Shown: positions 26,236-39,170 of the stretch, one piece after another | Layout: each line of letters begins with the position of its first letter | Position numbering within the stretch: position 1 is the stretch's first letter | Source of the DNA: Nemertoderma westbladi | Taxonomy: Eukaryota > Animalia > Xenacoelomorpha | NCBI GenBank assembly: GCA_032718475.1 | Contig: JAUCBJ010001715.1 | Coordinates: 1-64,000, forward strand | Direction of reading: 5' to 3' | DNA length: 64,000 nucleotides | Position numbers and translations under genes: made by a program | Notes under the pieces: model-generated | Seen by the model: only the letters and a program-made list of their open reading frames with translations | Database searches by the model: none | Told to the model about the DNA's origin: nothing

Positions 26236-28186
26236 ATTATCCTTTGACACTAAGTTTCCCATACTCATTAGAAATCTTGAAATACAAATCAAGATGATTG
26301 TAGATGTTCACAGTAAACTTTATCATGCTGGTAGAGAACGAGTTCTTAGCGAAATTCGAACTCGCTATTATTTTTATAAAATTTTTTTAAAGAGCTCTGA
26401 ACCAAGTTCTTAGGAACTGCATACCCTGTAGGAAAGCATTCAGTAGGCCTTTAACACAGCGAGAGGCAGAATTACCTAGGGAACGAGTAAGCTTCTATGA
26501 ACCACCCTTTACTAATACCGGTGTAGATTTATTTGGCCCTATTGAAGTATATCGTGCTAGGACTATAGTCAAGAGATGGTGTGTCATCTTTGTTTGTATG
26601 ACTTGTAGAGCTATCCATCTCGATATGGTGAACGATTTATCCACCAACAGCTTCCTATTGAGCTTACGCCGACAGATCGCTCGCTTTGGAACTAGTAACA
26701 CGATGAGATCTGATAAGGGAATGAACTTCATTGGTGCTAACAATGAAATCAAAGCTTACGTCAAAGATTGGAACCAAAGACAGGTGGACGATCAGCTAAG
26801 GGTAACAGCGTCTAGCTGGACCTTCAACGCCGCCGACGCCCCTTGGTGGGGAGGAAGTTCGGAGAGATTAATCAGGCGCGTGAAGACCGCATTTCACTTT
26901 ATAGTTCCGTGCCGCGCGTATCTCACCGACGAACTTTTGCGGACGTTAATGGAGGAAATCGCCGCCTATCTCAACGAGAGACTGCTTATGCCAGTCTCAT
27001 CGAGTCCCGATTCCCTGGAAGCGCTAACACCCGCGCACTTCCTACTGAAGAAACCTGTAGCCATGCTCCCACGATCGGAAATCACAGACGGAGACGAATA
27101 CTGCCGGCAAACTTGGCAACTTATGCAGTTGTTATCCCGTCGTTTCGCTGACCATTTCGAAAAACATTATCTACCCACGCTACAACTTCGAACTAAGTGT
27201 TTTGCGCAGCAAGAAAACGTCAGCGCTGGAGACATGGTCCTTATTGTGGATTCAGATCTTCCACGTAAGCGGTGGCAGACAGGTCGTATCATCGAGACTC
27301 ATATCTCGGAGGATGGTTTGGTGCGATCGGTAGAACTCGTCGTCATGCGACGTAACTTTAAGAAACCGGGAATTGTCTTCGAGACACAGCAACTCAATCG
27401 CCCAGTTGGTCGTTTATGTTTACTGGAAAGAGACAGAGAACTCTCCAGAAACTATGGAAGGCAAGATACTCTTCCCACGACCACCTCCCTAATCCAACAA
27501 ACATCTAGGGACTCCCCAACGTAACAGCGTCTGGAGTGGGTGTGTGACTATATTATTTTATAGTTGTTCTTATTATTTTATATTTATGTATGTATTATTA
27601 TGTAATTTTATTATAATCGTTTTCTTTAATTTTATTTAGTAGAATGTTATTTTAGCGATTATTTAGTAGATTAGTGCCATATATATTCGCGTTTATTACT
27701 TAATTACTTATATATTATATATTTAGTGCGACGGCGAGAAATAATTTATTTTCTCTTTCCTTACTGTCCATATTACATTATAAATATGTGACTACAGTAA
27801 GATGAAATATCCGTACTTATTAAAGTACAATAAAGCTCCTACTATATTCAAGTATTATTGGTAAGTAGAGTATTAGGAATGCAAAATTCAGATCCTCGTG
27901 TCTCGGCTAAACCAAGCTCTGGGTAGACCTTGGAAACGACTTGCCTCTTCTCACTGACATCGCTTCTTGCGATATTGCTCTCATACCGTATATTAAATAA
28001 TACATATAGTAGCGTGATGTCCCTCTAACAGTAGCGTACAACGCAAATAAATCTGTTAAACTAAACCCTTTGACCATCTGTAATTCTAGTCGATTAAGAT
28101 ATCGCGGCACCCACCGATATACTTGAAAGACAAAATTCTAGAATCAGTGGTTAACGTCCCCAGACAAGTTCTGGAATAAACCGGCA
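26236..28186 (+). mobile_element. 3' half of a BEL/Pao element: integrase plus putative 3' LTR (27541-28186)
   Basis: HHCC (HSKLYHAG..CIPC); DDE (TGVDLFGP, SDKGMNF, WGGSSERL); DUF5641-like C-terminus. Purine tract GGAGTGGG, then TG...CA. Interrupts the duplicated unit at GTTTTG|..|CTGTAC. Confidence 0.88.
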
Positions 28187-28657
28187 CTGTACTATCATAA
28201 TACACTGACACACCAATCTTCCGAATAACTTTATAGATGTTTGTAGGATTGAGCAAGTTTGAATTTACCTCTCTTTTATAAAGGCTCTAGTGTTCGATTC
28301 ATTCCTTGATTACCTACACAAAAATTCAACTACGCGAAACTGCATTCCATCGCTACGGCTAAACTACGCGTAGGCTACACCTACGCGGAAAATTCAAACC
28401 AGAACGTTCGGTCAAAAATGAGACAATCTGTCTGTCGGTTCCGGTGTTTCCGACTTTTTATAAAACCGATATAAGTCAGTAAATCATTGATGAAATTAAA
28501 CCAAACTTTGTATGTATGTAGTCGCGTGCTGCGCGAAGGCTCAGCGAACGTGTTCAATTCTTTGTCGAAGTTGTGACCTGAAGGCGATTAGAATGAATGC
28601 TGGAATGGCCCCTGGCAGTCTGGTCTGGGCTAGCTGTTATACAGGTTATACTGTTAT

Positions 28658-29656
28658 TGTTTAATGTATTGTTTAATTGTTTAATGTAAATAGGGCGTGA
28701 GGAAGCAAATGCTTTTAAAGCCCGTACACACAATAAATAAAATTAACAGAGACATATGTAAAATATATATATGAAATTGAACTGTACACATAAATAAAAT
28801 ATTGACTGGGTTAAAACACGTCTTGTTTTAGGTAAAACTGAACGTAATCGGGACCGCACAAAGTAGTATAATAATAGGCTGGGAAAAAAAAGCGTTAGTT
28901 CAAATTAGTATTAAAATTCCAGGTCAGGATAGTCCATCGGCATGTATATAAGTTTATAAATTAATCTCAATACCGGGTCCGGGTGTATCAAGTTCATCAG
29001 GCCAAATTACAAAATTATAATATAAAATTCATGTCAGAAATAAAAGGCATGTAAAAAGTATTATGAACTAGGTATTGTGGTATATAAAGTTAAAAACAAA
29101 ATTAGAGATTTGGGGTATAACAGTGGACAATTAAAAGCTATAGTAAATTATAGAAAAAATGCAATGCAGCAACAGCAACTGAGGGAGTAAAAAATCAATC
29201 GATTATTGGGAACATGGTGTAAAATAAAAAAATAAATAAAAAATTATATATAGGTAAAAAGTTATATGTTAGGTGTTATATTATATTATATTATATTATC
29301 ACTGTACAATTAGTTAGGATATAGTATAAACTATAAAAATACAATGCAGCAGCGGAGAGGGTAGGGAGAAGTGTGAATCTGAGAGTGTGTGTTTGTGGGG
29401 AGAGGGGGGGGGGGGGGGGGGGGGGTGATGAACAAATCATGTCCACCAGGAAGGGGTGAACTTTAATGGAAGGTTATGGTAATGTTCGTTTAGTCGGTGT
29501 TTAAAAACATTCAGTGACGGCGACGATATGACGGATTCAGATAACGCATTCCACGGTTCTACAACTCGGAAATGGAATGTTGAGTTCCGCTGAAGTAGAC
29601 GCGCTCTGGGTTTGGACAGTTTTTTAGAGTGTCCTCTGAGACCATCGCTGGGCGCG
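28658..29656 (-). mobile_element. 5'-truncated CR1 LINE fragment
   Basis: LRGHSKKL..R..F..RVVEPWNAL..V..SLNVFK..L is the CR1 ORF2 C-terminus. Short-repeat 3' tail; TSD GTTAT at 28653-57 and 29657-61; empty site at ~20605. Confidence 0.88.
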
Positions 29657-30423
29657 GTTATACCCTGACTGTCCACAGTCCATACCCACAGAAGAACAGT
29701 CTAACTGACAGTCCTTTTATGTTTTAGTAGAGTTGTCCTTGCTTCATGCTTTATCAGTTTATAGAGCTTTATACTACTGGCCTAGGGAGGCCTAGTCCAT
29801 AGTCTGCTAGTCTGTCCTGTCAGCCTGTCCGCTGTCGTCTCGTCCTTTCGTCATCTACAGATCTACGCTACCGCGCTACCTGGCTACCGTCTGGCGTCTG
29901 ACCTGCAGTCAAAATTGTGTCGCATGTCGGCCTGTGCTGTAATCAGGATGGGGTGCTGGTCACCTCGCCGCACTATACTATACTACTGTACTAACTGTAC
30001 TATAATCTACGTAGTTTTACTATAAATATAGATATATTGTAATAGTACCGGTAATATATAGTGATATATAAATAGTTTTACTATAATCTAATACGTAACT
30101 CAATACTCTCACTGTATATCTATAACAATACAGTAATTAGTATTTTTTTGAGTGAGGCTATAAAATATTGATCACATACTGACATACCGGTACTGACAGA
30201 CCCGTCGGTGTCACCCTTTTTAATCGTACCGGTCAGCTGGTCAGCCTGTACTTGATATCAACATTTTAATTAAGGGTGCTTGGTAGTAGTACTAGTACTG
30301 TAGTAGTATGTTCTTGGTTTTAGTTCCATATCTCAGCATCATACAGTTGTTTTATAGACTACTCACCAGTACAGCAGTACTCTGTACAGGCAGACAGGTA
30401 CAAGAAGCTTCTGCTTTCTTTAC

Positions 30424-32076
30424 GGGTATAACTTTTGCGTAGAGGTATAGCCTACATAGAGGCTACATGTAGGTATGTGTAGCCTACATGTAGATGCACG
30501 TGTAGGGTGAATGTAGGTAGGTGTAGGTAGGTCTTTAAAAACAACAATGATGAATGAATAGGCCTACACGGGGTACCCGGACCCGAACTTCCTCGATGAG
30601 ATGCGAATGCGGCGAACGGGGGTGGTACCCGGAACAACCACGAAGAGATGCGCATATGGCGGGCGGTGGTACCCGAAACAACCAGGAGGAGATGCGAATA
30701 CGTCGAATGGGGGTCCCCTGAACACCCACGAGACGGAGCCTATCAATACTACAGTACTGACAAAGGAAAAAACGACTGAACGATATACCGATACATACTG
30801 TAGATCTTATGATCCTGCGGGTTCAGGCATGGAGGCTAATGACTTTGTATGGGCCGAACGGCCCGAACCTGATGTTTCCAGTCAAGGAGGAATCGACTAA
30901 CGGTTAGGGTTAGAGCTCGTCGTCGGTGTCCATGAGGGTCTGAGGATGAGTGGGTAATTCAACAAAACGCTAACAATGATACCGGACTGACTGATTGAAC
31001 CAGAGTGGCGATGGTAGTCGCTGATGTATATATATTATATATATCATGTATTGATTGTTAGTAGATATTTTTTTTATAATATTTGTTTATTAAATTGTCT
31101 TCAATGTCTATATTGATAATATTGTGTGCCGTGCTGATTTTACTTATTTTTCATTTTATAAATCTTGCTGTGGCCGTTTTAATCTACTAAACTGCCGTAT
31201 CAATTTCATGATATTTTAATGGATATGCAATTTAACTTCTTCTTTCTATTAACTTTCAATGCAATCAAATATAACTGTAAAGCTATTGACTTTCGTGTTA
31301 TTGTTTTGCTGTTACTTCGAGATGGGATTTGAATCCCATCGGATTACTGATTAATTCCCATCATCGAGATGGGAATACTTTATAATGAAACAGTGTGGTG
31401 GTCCGCGGGATAGTGGGAAGGGATGGGACTGTTGCTGGTTGGTGGAATGTGACTGCCTGAAAAATTAAAACAAACAAAACTTCCAGACTTCTATATTTTT
31501 ACTTTCAAAACAAAACGTCCAAAACATTTCAATGCTGAAGTACTGTTCAAGTCCCATGGATGTATGGTTGATAAACAGATAAAGAGGGGCAGAGGGGGGT
31601 CAGGGTTTCTGGTAGACTATAGTCCCCGCGATGATGGCTGTTCTTGTTTAGGTTACTCTTACTCAATAAACATATAAATCAGAACGAGTTAATCTAATGG
31701 AACGATGCCTTTCGTGGCGTTAGCATACTCAAATTTATTAGGGCATAATATTTATGACGAGTAAGGGACTTTAGTATAATCAGAACGCGATGTTTGATAT
31801 TTATACAGTACTGCAGTATGCAGTAAAACCTGTTGTCTGACAGCAGACAAGTCTGCAGGTTGATGTACCGTATTGTACCGTGGAGATCAGAGATTATTGC
31901 CATACATCCTGATTGACGACCGTGTATCACGTTACTGCAAGTTGACACATAAATTACATTAATATCTATGGGACTACACCTACCTACATTCACCCTACAC
32001 GTGCATCTACATGTAGGCTACACATACCTACATGAAGCCTCTATGTAGGCTATACCTCTACGCAAAAGATATACCC
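30424..32076. mobile_element. Non-autonomous Mutator-like (MULE) element with ~100-bp TIRs
   Basis: TIR GGGTATA..CTTTTGCGTAGAGGTATAGCCTACATAGAGGC... mirrored at ~31975-32076; 9-bp TSD TTTCTTTAC at 30415-23 and 32077-85. Confidence 0.88.
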
Positions 32077-32258
32077 TTTCTTTACCTTATTATAAATCAT
32101 TAGGCTTAAACAAATTTTTCTACTGTTCTATACGACTAATCTGCTAATTTGTAGGCTTGTCGTCTGTGTGTTGATACTCTATGTAAGATTATTGTGTGTG
32201 TTATCTTATCTTGCTTGGCCAACTCTATTATTTTTATTTCCCATCAACCGATGTTGCA

Positions 32259-35200
32259 ATGGAACATTGTGGTTGTTCTTCAAGGACATGGATTATAATC
32301 CATTTAACATCGGGCATTGTCATTCTTGTTGCTAGCGCAATGGGGGTTGTGGTATTCGCTTCTATGTATCACAACTACACCGCGGCTGTGTGGTTTGTAG
32401 CCCCATGTAAGTTTAATTACGGTAGGGGTAGGGCCCTAATAATAATTAATTTTCTTTAAAATATCCCCTTTATTGTCCAGACAATGCGGACAATAAAGAC
32501 TTTAATGTCCGCATTTTCGGACAATAAAGTAATTATTCATTATTCAATCCAGCAATCACTATTCCAAAAATGCGGATAAAAATGTATTTATTCAATCAAC
32601 GATCTAGTAGTACCGTAGTTTATTCCTTGATTTCGCATTATTTATTCTAGAACAGTATTTACGTTGGCAATTGTTAATAAATTTAGAATTTAAATGTTTA
32701 GTAAATTAAACATATATTGCTCCAGAAGCTTTTAGCTTTTAGTTTTAATTATATCATTAACGTTCTGGAATATCATATCACAAAGTAGCGGTATATAGTT
32801 GTTTTGTTAGTATTATTTAGGTTTATATTACATTGGTACCTCACTTAAAATTTGCTCATTTAAAAGTGTACTTTAAAGAAAACAGCATCTTTTACAAAAA
32901 TAAAGTTTATTTTTTGTTATCTTTGTAATACGCATTTTCTCGAAATAGCAAAAGTAAACTGGTACCGTAAAACGGGGCTACTTGCAACAGCGGGGTAACT
33001 TGCAACAAATTGATATACTAATTTTATTTAATGACTATAACTATACATGAAGCTTAAATTGTTGAATTAAAAGTTTTCCATATGGTTTAAATGCTTTTCT
33101 ATCATATCAATAAAAAAAACTTCTATAATTTGTATATTAATGTATTTTTTCAATTATATACTTAGAAAAAAAATTTTTTTTGGCATAAAATAAGTCTGAA
33201 AACTTTTATGTTCAGGCATTCAATTTGCACTATTGGAGTTGTCCAATATACCAAAATGATTCCCTGTGTGTCTAAATTATGATTATCAGTACAGATTGTG
33301 GTTATACCTACAAGTTTTTAAAATGTTGTCTTATTTTTACAAGATGACCATTTTGGGGCTACTTGAAACATCTACTTCAGTTGATGACCCTTTACATTTT
33401 TTGGTATTATTCTTACAGCGGTGGGTTTTTTGAATCTACTAATAGGCATACTCTTTGTTTAATGTTTGAAATGTTTGATTCTGAAAGCGAAAATGACAAA
33501 AGCAGTGATTCACATGATTTGCATCCTAAACGTTCTGTACTAGCGATGCTTACAAATAAAGTTCCAATATTAACACATACTCCATCTAGTTTTCCAGTTA
33601 CAAATCAAGTTATCCAGCCGTCGACTGTGATGTTTTACCGGGTGCAAGTGGTACTTCTGCAATAACTCCAACAAACTTTGATAAACTTCAAGTTAATGAC
33701 TGGGTGGTAGTGCTATTCTTCGGTCGTAAGAAATTCTTAGGTGTTATCCGTTCTATTAATGGAAAGGAGAAATAACTATTAGCTTTATGAAGTATGTGCC
33801 TTCCAGTCTTCCTCACAACAAGGGCAGATTGTCCACTCAGCCGGAGATTTAAGATATTGTAATCTGCAATTGTGTCGATGTTGTTGGATGTGTTGCTCCA
33901 CCTGTCGATGTGACGCGGAGGGGTGGCTTATTCTTCGAAAGTGGCCTTATTGCCAATTTGTGGTAGACTCCCATACTCTCCAATTGCCACAAATATTAGT
34001 TGTTGCGATTCTGAAACTTTTTATAGCATTTTGGCATTGAAACATTGTTAAACTTTGTATATTTAATTACGTAAATTTTATTTACTATGCAATCAATATA
34101 ACCAACCATATTCAGTTTGTTATGTCCAGTTTATATCCTTCTGATTCACATTTTTAATTTTAACATAGAAGTAATAAGTACAGCTATCATTTTTACACAA
34201 TATTCATATGCAATAGTAGATATATGGATAGCAATACCACTGCCTTATTGACAGATTGATATTGAATTAATGTGCTCAAATAATTTGTTCATATCCAAAG
34301 GCATGCATTAAAACTAATAATTTGTTTATATAGGTGACCCCAACATATTTTTTAAAACACATCTGGTGTTGCAAGTAGCCCCTTACATGTCCAAAATAGA
34401 ACAATATGTTAAAATATTCGCTATATTGAATTCAAAGTGATGTTTCAAGTAACCCCATCTTGGGGCTACTTGAAACACAGCAGAAATTTTTAAAAAAATG
34501 TGTTACAAATGGCCCAAATATACAATAACAATGCTTGAAATTGAAATTTGATAACTCTATTATACACTGCTATGACAACAACCTGAGCTTGGTAAAGCTA
34601 AGGCATTGTAAATAATTTTAGAAATGTTATAGATCGCAATTTATGTTGCAAGTAGCTTTTCCTCGACCTTCGGCCTTGGAAGATTTTTCTTTTACTATTT
34701 CTCAAAAATAGGGATTAAAGTCAGACAAAAAAATGTTACCGGTATATACTTTCTTTTTGTAAAATAGAGGACTGTTTATTTAATAAACAAAAAATAAACT
34801 GAAAACACAGTTTTTTCACTCATTTTCAGTTTTAGCAAAATTCAACTATTGTGTCCGAGTGGTACAGTTTTACACCAGTTGGCATATTTTAGAAAGAATA
34901 GAATGCCAACTTTTTGGAACACTCAACACATAATAGCAGTATATCTTAATTTCGCTAAAGAAAATGAGTGGTAAAGAAGAGTGTTTTCCGTTAAATTTTT
35001 TTATCGAATATATTGTTTTATTTGAAAAAAAGTATCACCAGTTTTTCACTGTATCCTTGGATTTCTTAGTCTGTCCCGGTCCTAGGAATCACAAAAAGAC
35101 CCCAAGATAATTCAAAATATTGAACTTGCCGAAGAACTTGCAAATTCATTGGCTAAAATACCGTTATTTGTTTTGGAGCGCCTCTCTTTGGACATTCTGT

Positions 35201-36292
35201 TTACCAGAAAACATTGCAAAATGGCGAATTACATTATCTAAAAACACCACAAACTGTGCTCGTTTATTTTTTGCTCGTTTATTATTTTGGTTAGAAAAAC
35301 TTTAACCTGGCAAATGGCGTAGTACCCGAAACTCCCGAAAACACCTGAAGCGAGATCCTCAGATTCAGGACGGAACAGTGACAAATGATTATATATATAT
35401 TACATACATTTATTAAATCTTCCCCTTTCCTTTATGTACTGAAATATGACTAACTTTTATTGTTTACAATCTGGCAGGTGTTATGGCTTCGTTAGCTATT
35501 ATTTTACATAGTCGCCAATTAAAGAAACAATGGACCCTCGATCATATACTAGTGTTGCAAATGTTTACTTTATCGGGTTTACTTGGGATAATAGCCTTCT
35601 TTGGTGGAATGATTGGTAGCCTTTCTTTGTCTATTAGTCAGCACCAACGTGAGTAACTGCGAATATTAATTATTGCGAATAATATTATAACAGGGAGACC
35701 GTAGCGGTACACATTGCCTATATAACTATAACAGAAATAAATGTGCACACTAGTTCTATTACTATAGAGTCAATAAACATCCGGATAGATATCAGGTTAG
35801 GTTACAGAGGCACGTGTTTTATAATCAAAACAATAATTATTATATAAACGAAATAAATTTTATTATCTCTATTTTTTTTTATTATATCAGAGATCAAATT
35901 GCTCTCTAACTTTGGCATACCCAATGAAAATAGAGAATATCTTGAATTCACAAAACAGAAAGCAAAGCTGGTAGCGGTGGGGGTTTTGCGTTTCCTAAAT
36001 AGTAGAACAAAATTGGTGCAGATATTTATGGTAAGATCAGTAAGTTGTTATTATAATAATTGTACCGGTAGTGTAGTATATACCATTACGTATAACCATC
36101 GTTAACTTTTATTGGTTTTTATCTTTAGCTGTTGACGGACATTCAGACTGGGTTTGGTGGGGTCCCATAATCCTCCTACTGAGGTCCTCTATACTGCTGG
36201 TGAAACACTCGAGAGACTATATCAGTATCCTAGGAACCAACGGAGCACTCATCACCCAGGGGGATGCAAACGAAAGAGTCGCTCCTCTATAA
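32259..36292 (+). CDS. Predicted 3-exon, 160-aa membrane protein with four hydrophobic segments (exons 32259-32406, 35478-35648, 36129-36292)
   Basis: Canonical GTAAG/CAG and GTGAG/TAG sites; both introns phase 1; 483-nt open frame MEHCGCSSRTWIIIHL...RVAPL*. Confidence 0.72.
32965..34656 (+). mobile_element. Degenerate pogo/Tc1-mariner-type DNA transposon in intron 1
   Basis: TA|CCGTAAAACGGGGCTACTTGCAACA left end; internal GGGGCTACTTGAAACA repeats; partial right end TGTTGCAAGTAGC; decayed coding remnant at ~33470-33960. Confidence 0.6.
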
Positions 36293-36527
36293 TTAATTGT
36301 TTTTGTTAATTAATTAATTACAATGTAATACTAAGAACCACCAAATAACGGACCAACCTGCCATTTTTTGGATCAAATAATTTTTAAGATGTTCGAACGG
36401 CCAGCAATAAGGTTCAATGCTTGCAGACCAAGAAATAAAACAGACCCAAAATCGCCCCGTCGCCCATACATATTCCACATTTCAGACAAAGGCAAGGCAA
36501 ATTATTGACTGTTCATGAGCCATAAAC

Positions 36528-36632
36528 TGCGTTAAACACTTATGTGTGTAACATAAAGTGCGTTAAACACATGTGTGTAACATAAAGGGTGTTAAACACT
36601 TTATGTGTGTAACATAAAGGGTGTTAAACACC
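36528..36632. repeat. Short tandem repeat, ~30 bp x 3.5
   Basis: Repeating GTTAAACAC(TT)ATGTGTGTAACATAAAG. Confidence 0.9.
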
Positions 36633-36649
36633 CTTTGGTGTTACCAGTG

Positions 36650-36860
36650 ACACCCTGACCGGTTAGTCTAAGTGGTGAGATTGCAGAGCAGAGCTGGCTT
36701 TTGGCATTATCGCGTTATCAAAGATTTCGCGCGATGAGTATTTTATAACACATCACACTTTACCACCATACTATATTCCATACCAGGTCACCAGTTCGAT
36801 CCCACCTGGACGTCACTGCCGAATGTGCTAATCTGGGCGCAATGAAAATTAAAACCATTT
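36650..36860 (+). mobile_element. Possible tRNA-derived SINE remnant
   Basis: A-box-like TAGTCTAAGTGG and B-box-like AGTTCGATCCC, separated by an insertion. Confidence 0.35.
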
Positions 36861-37179
36861 ATCATGCCATTATATTCCATATTCCACGCCTCTCCCTGCC
36901 CCTAAAATACCATAATATATCATGCCACTCACTATATTACATATCATACCATTTACCACGCCACTAAATTCTAATACAATATGTAATGTGGCAGGTTCGT
37001 CTGTATCACGAAGTGGTGCGTAATTTATAATTTTGTTGCCGTAGTTTTTTTAATGAGTTTTATATGATATTGGTGCTATTTACTGCTACATATTATTATT
37101 TTAATAATTAGATATTTGTTCTTCAAAATATTAAATAAAAATTAAATATAAATACAAATTTTATTATGTGAAATTGAAA

Positions 37180-37378
37180 TGAAATTTGAAACAGAGATAG
37201 TTTCACCTCCCTCCTCCTTGCTGGGTGAGCTAGAATTTCATGTTTATTTATTTGCAATATCGCCGGGACATAGAGACTTTATTAAACGCTTGTAGCTAAA
37301 GATTGAAAGCAAAAATAAAAATTCTGGCTCACCCAGTCAGTGGTCGGGAGGTGAAACTATTTATGTTTCAAATTTCAT
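37180..37378. repeat. ~200-bp inverted repeat (MITE-like)
   Basis: TGAAATTTGAAACA..TAGTTTCACCTCC..CTGGGTGAGC mirrored by GCTCACCCAG..GGAGGTGAAACTA..TGTTTCAAATTTCA. Confidence 0.7.
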
Positions 37379-39170
37379 GTAATTTCATTAAGATTTATGG
37401 ACAAATTGTGTGTGGGGGCTGGGGCTGGGGGCGGGGACCTGTAACGACACTTTATTCCGGGGCATTGTGTGTAGTACATAAGCGTACGGGAACCATTCCC
37501 ACTGGGGGGAAAGCACAAATCCCCCCCCCCCCCCCCTCCCCCCTTCAAAAAAATCAATAATATTTCAAAAATTGAGAGGTTAAGTGTGCCGCTATAACTC
37601 TGTCAAGCTGCCCTCGGGGCTGACCCTCTGACGGTCTTTTTACAGTTATTCGTGATAATTGAACAGTGGCGTATTTAAGTTTGGACAAGTAGCTTATGAC
37701 CATAAGGGTACGATGAATATACACTTTAAAAAAGGAAAGGTGTGGTGCACACACATGAAAGTAGATAATATGAAGGATGGGGTATAATAAAGGCATTATC
37801 AGATCTGGAAAGGAAATTGTGGATGTTAATATAGTTCTAATAGGAATATTGATTATATAACTGTATAAGTGAATGTCATCGCAAGGAAGGAAATGCGAGT
37901 GGAAATTTTTAAACAATATTCCGATTTTGCACATTTAAATCGACTTTTTTAATCAATAATACTTTGATAAAACTAAGGACTTTTATTTGAAAAAGGCTCT
38001 TTTTCTCACTAATATTTTTAAACTTGAGTTAATTAATCTAACTTTCCTTCAATAATTTCCCGAATTTTTTGGAAAATTAGTTAAAAAAAGTCTTTAACTA
38101 ATCTTTTTTCTGAAAAAAATTTTCAACTGATTTTTTTTAAATATAACAATATATTCGATATAAAAATGTAACGAAAAACACCATATTCCACTCATTTTAT
38201 TTTGCAAAATGCAGATATTCTGCCCTCGCGTGTTGAGTTTTCCCACTCATTGGCATTTTAACACTCGCTTCGCTCTTGCTAAAAACCTGCCGACTCTTGT
38301 AAAACTCAACCACTCGGACAGAACATTTAAATTTCGCTAAATTTAAAATGAGTGAAAAAAAGCGGTATTTTCCGCTTCCTTTTTTTATCGAATAATATTC
38401 CTTACATTACAGGGCGGTAGAGTTGAAACAGAGACTTGTCATTGATCTCTGTTCTCTGGATTCTCCGGGTAGTTTTTTGGTCTCTGGATAGGTCTCTGGT
38501 TCCCGGGTATTGAAAACAGACATTTTACACAGAGATCAGTGATTTTACAAATTAGAATTAGTTATTTAAAAATAGATCCTGTACAACACAAAATGTGAAA
38601 TGAAGATAATTTTTCAAAATTTTTTTACAATTAATTAATTCTATCGTTGTAGTTCGGATTTTGGTTCGGCATTGTTTGGGTTTTCCACTCACGCAATGAG
38701 TTAAAGTAAAAACGACAGATGTTCTTTCTGATCGAGATCTGTTTATGTAATAATAAATAAATATATATAACTTATATTTAAATAATTACAGTTAGGACAA
38801 TTAGGGATTATCTTAATACCGAAACAATAGTTGCACCACAGGTTACACGCTGGTTACAAACGATACAAATAAAATTTAAACAGATAAATCAATTCATAAT
38901 TGCATGTGTTGTTGCGGGTGGGGGGAGGAACTGAGTCAGTTAGAATTAGTGTGTAACAGCTCGGTCACTGTGTGAGTGTAGTACTACTACTACTAAGACT
39001 AGGTCGAGCGAACTCAGACAAAAGTGAGTGTAGTAGAGTTTATTAAGTTCGTTTGCACGAAGTCTAGCTATTGTGTTGGGTAAAGAGACAAGTTATGTGG
39101 TTAAAGGTAGTTTACAAAGTACCGTACATAGTATCAGACAAATTAATAATAAATAATAACTTAATTACTG

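Larger units (their letters stand above)
18382..29718. repeat. Tandem duplication of a ~2.3-kb unit (unit 1 ~18382-20664; unit 2 ~20665-29718, expanded by RTE, BEL and CR1 insertions)
   Basis: Unit 2 with its three insertions removed is near-identical to unit 1; both end ...CTAACTGACAGTCCTTT. Confidence 0.9.

Noticed and set aside
36650-36810. tRNA gene
   Set aside because: A- and B-box-like motifs are too far apart and no cloverleaf forms; at most a SINE remnant.
34810-38400. Inverted similar segments (~34810-35010 and ~38150-38360) as TIRs capturing exons 2-3 of the TM gene
   Set aside because: Diverged, no defined termini or TSD; more simply two old copies of a dispersed repeat.
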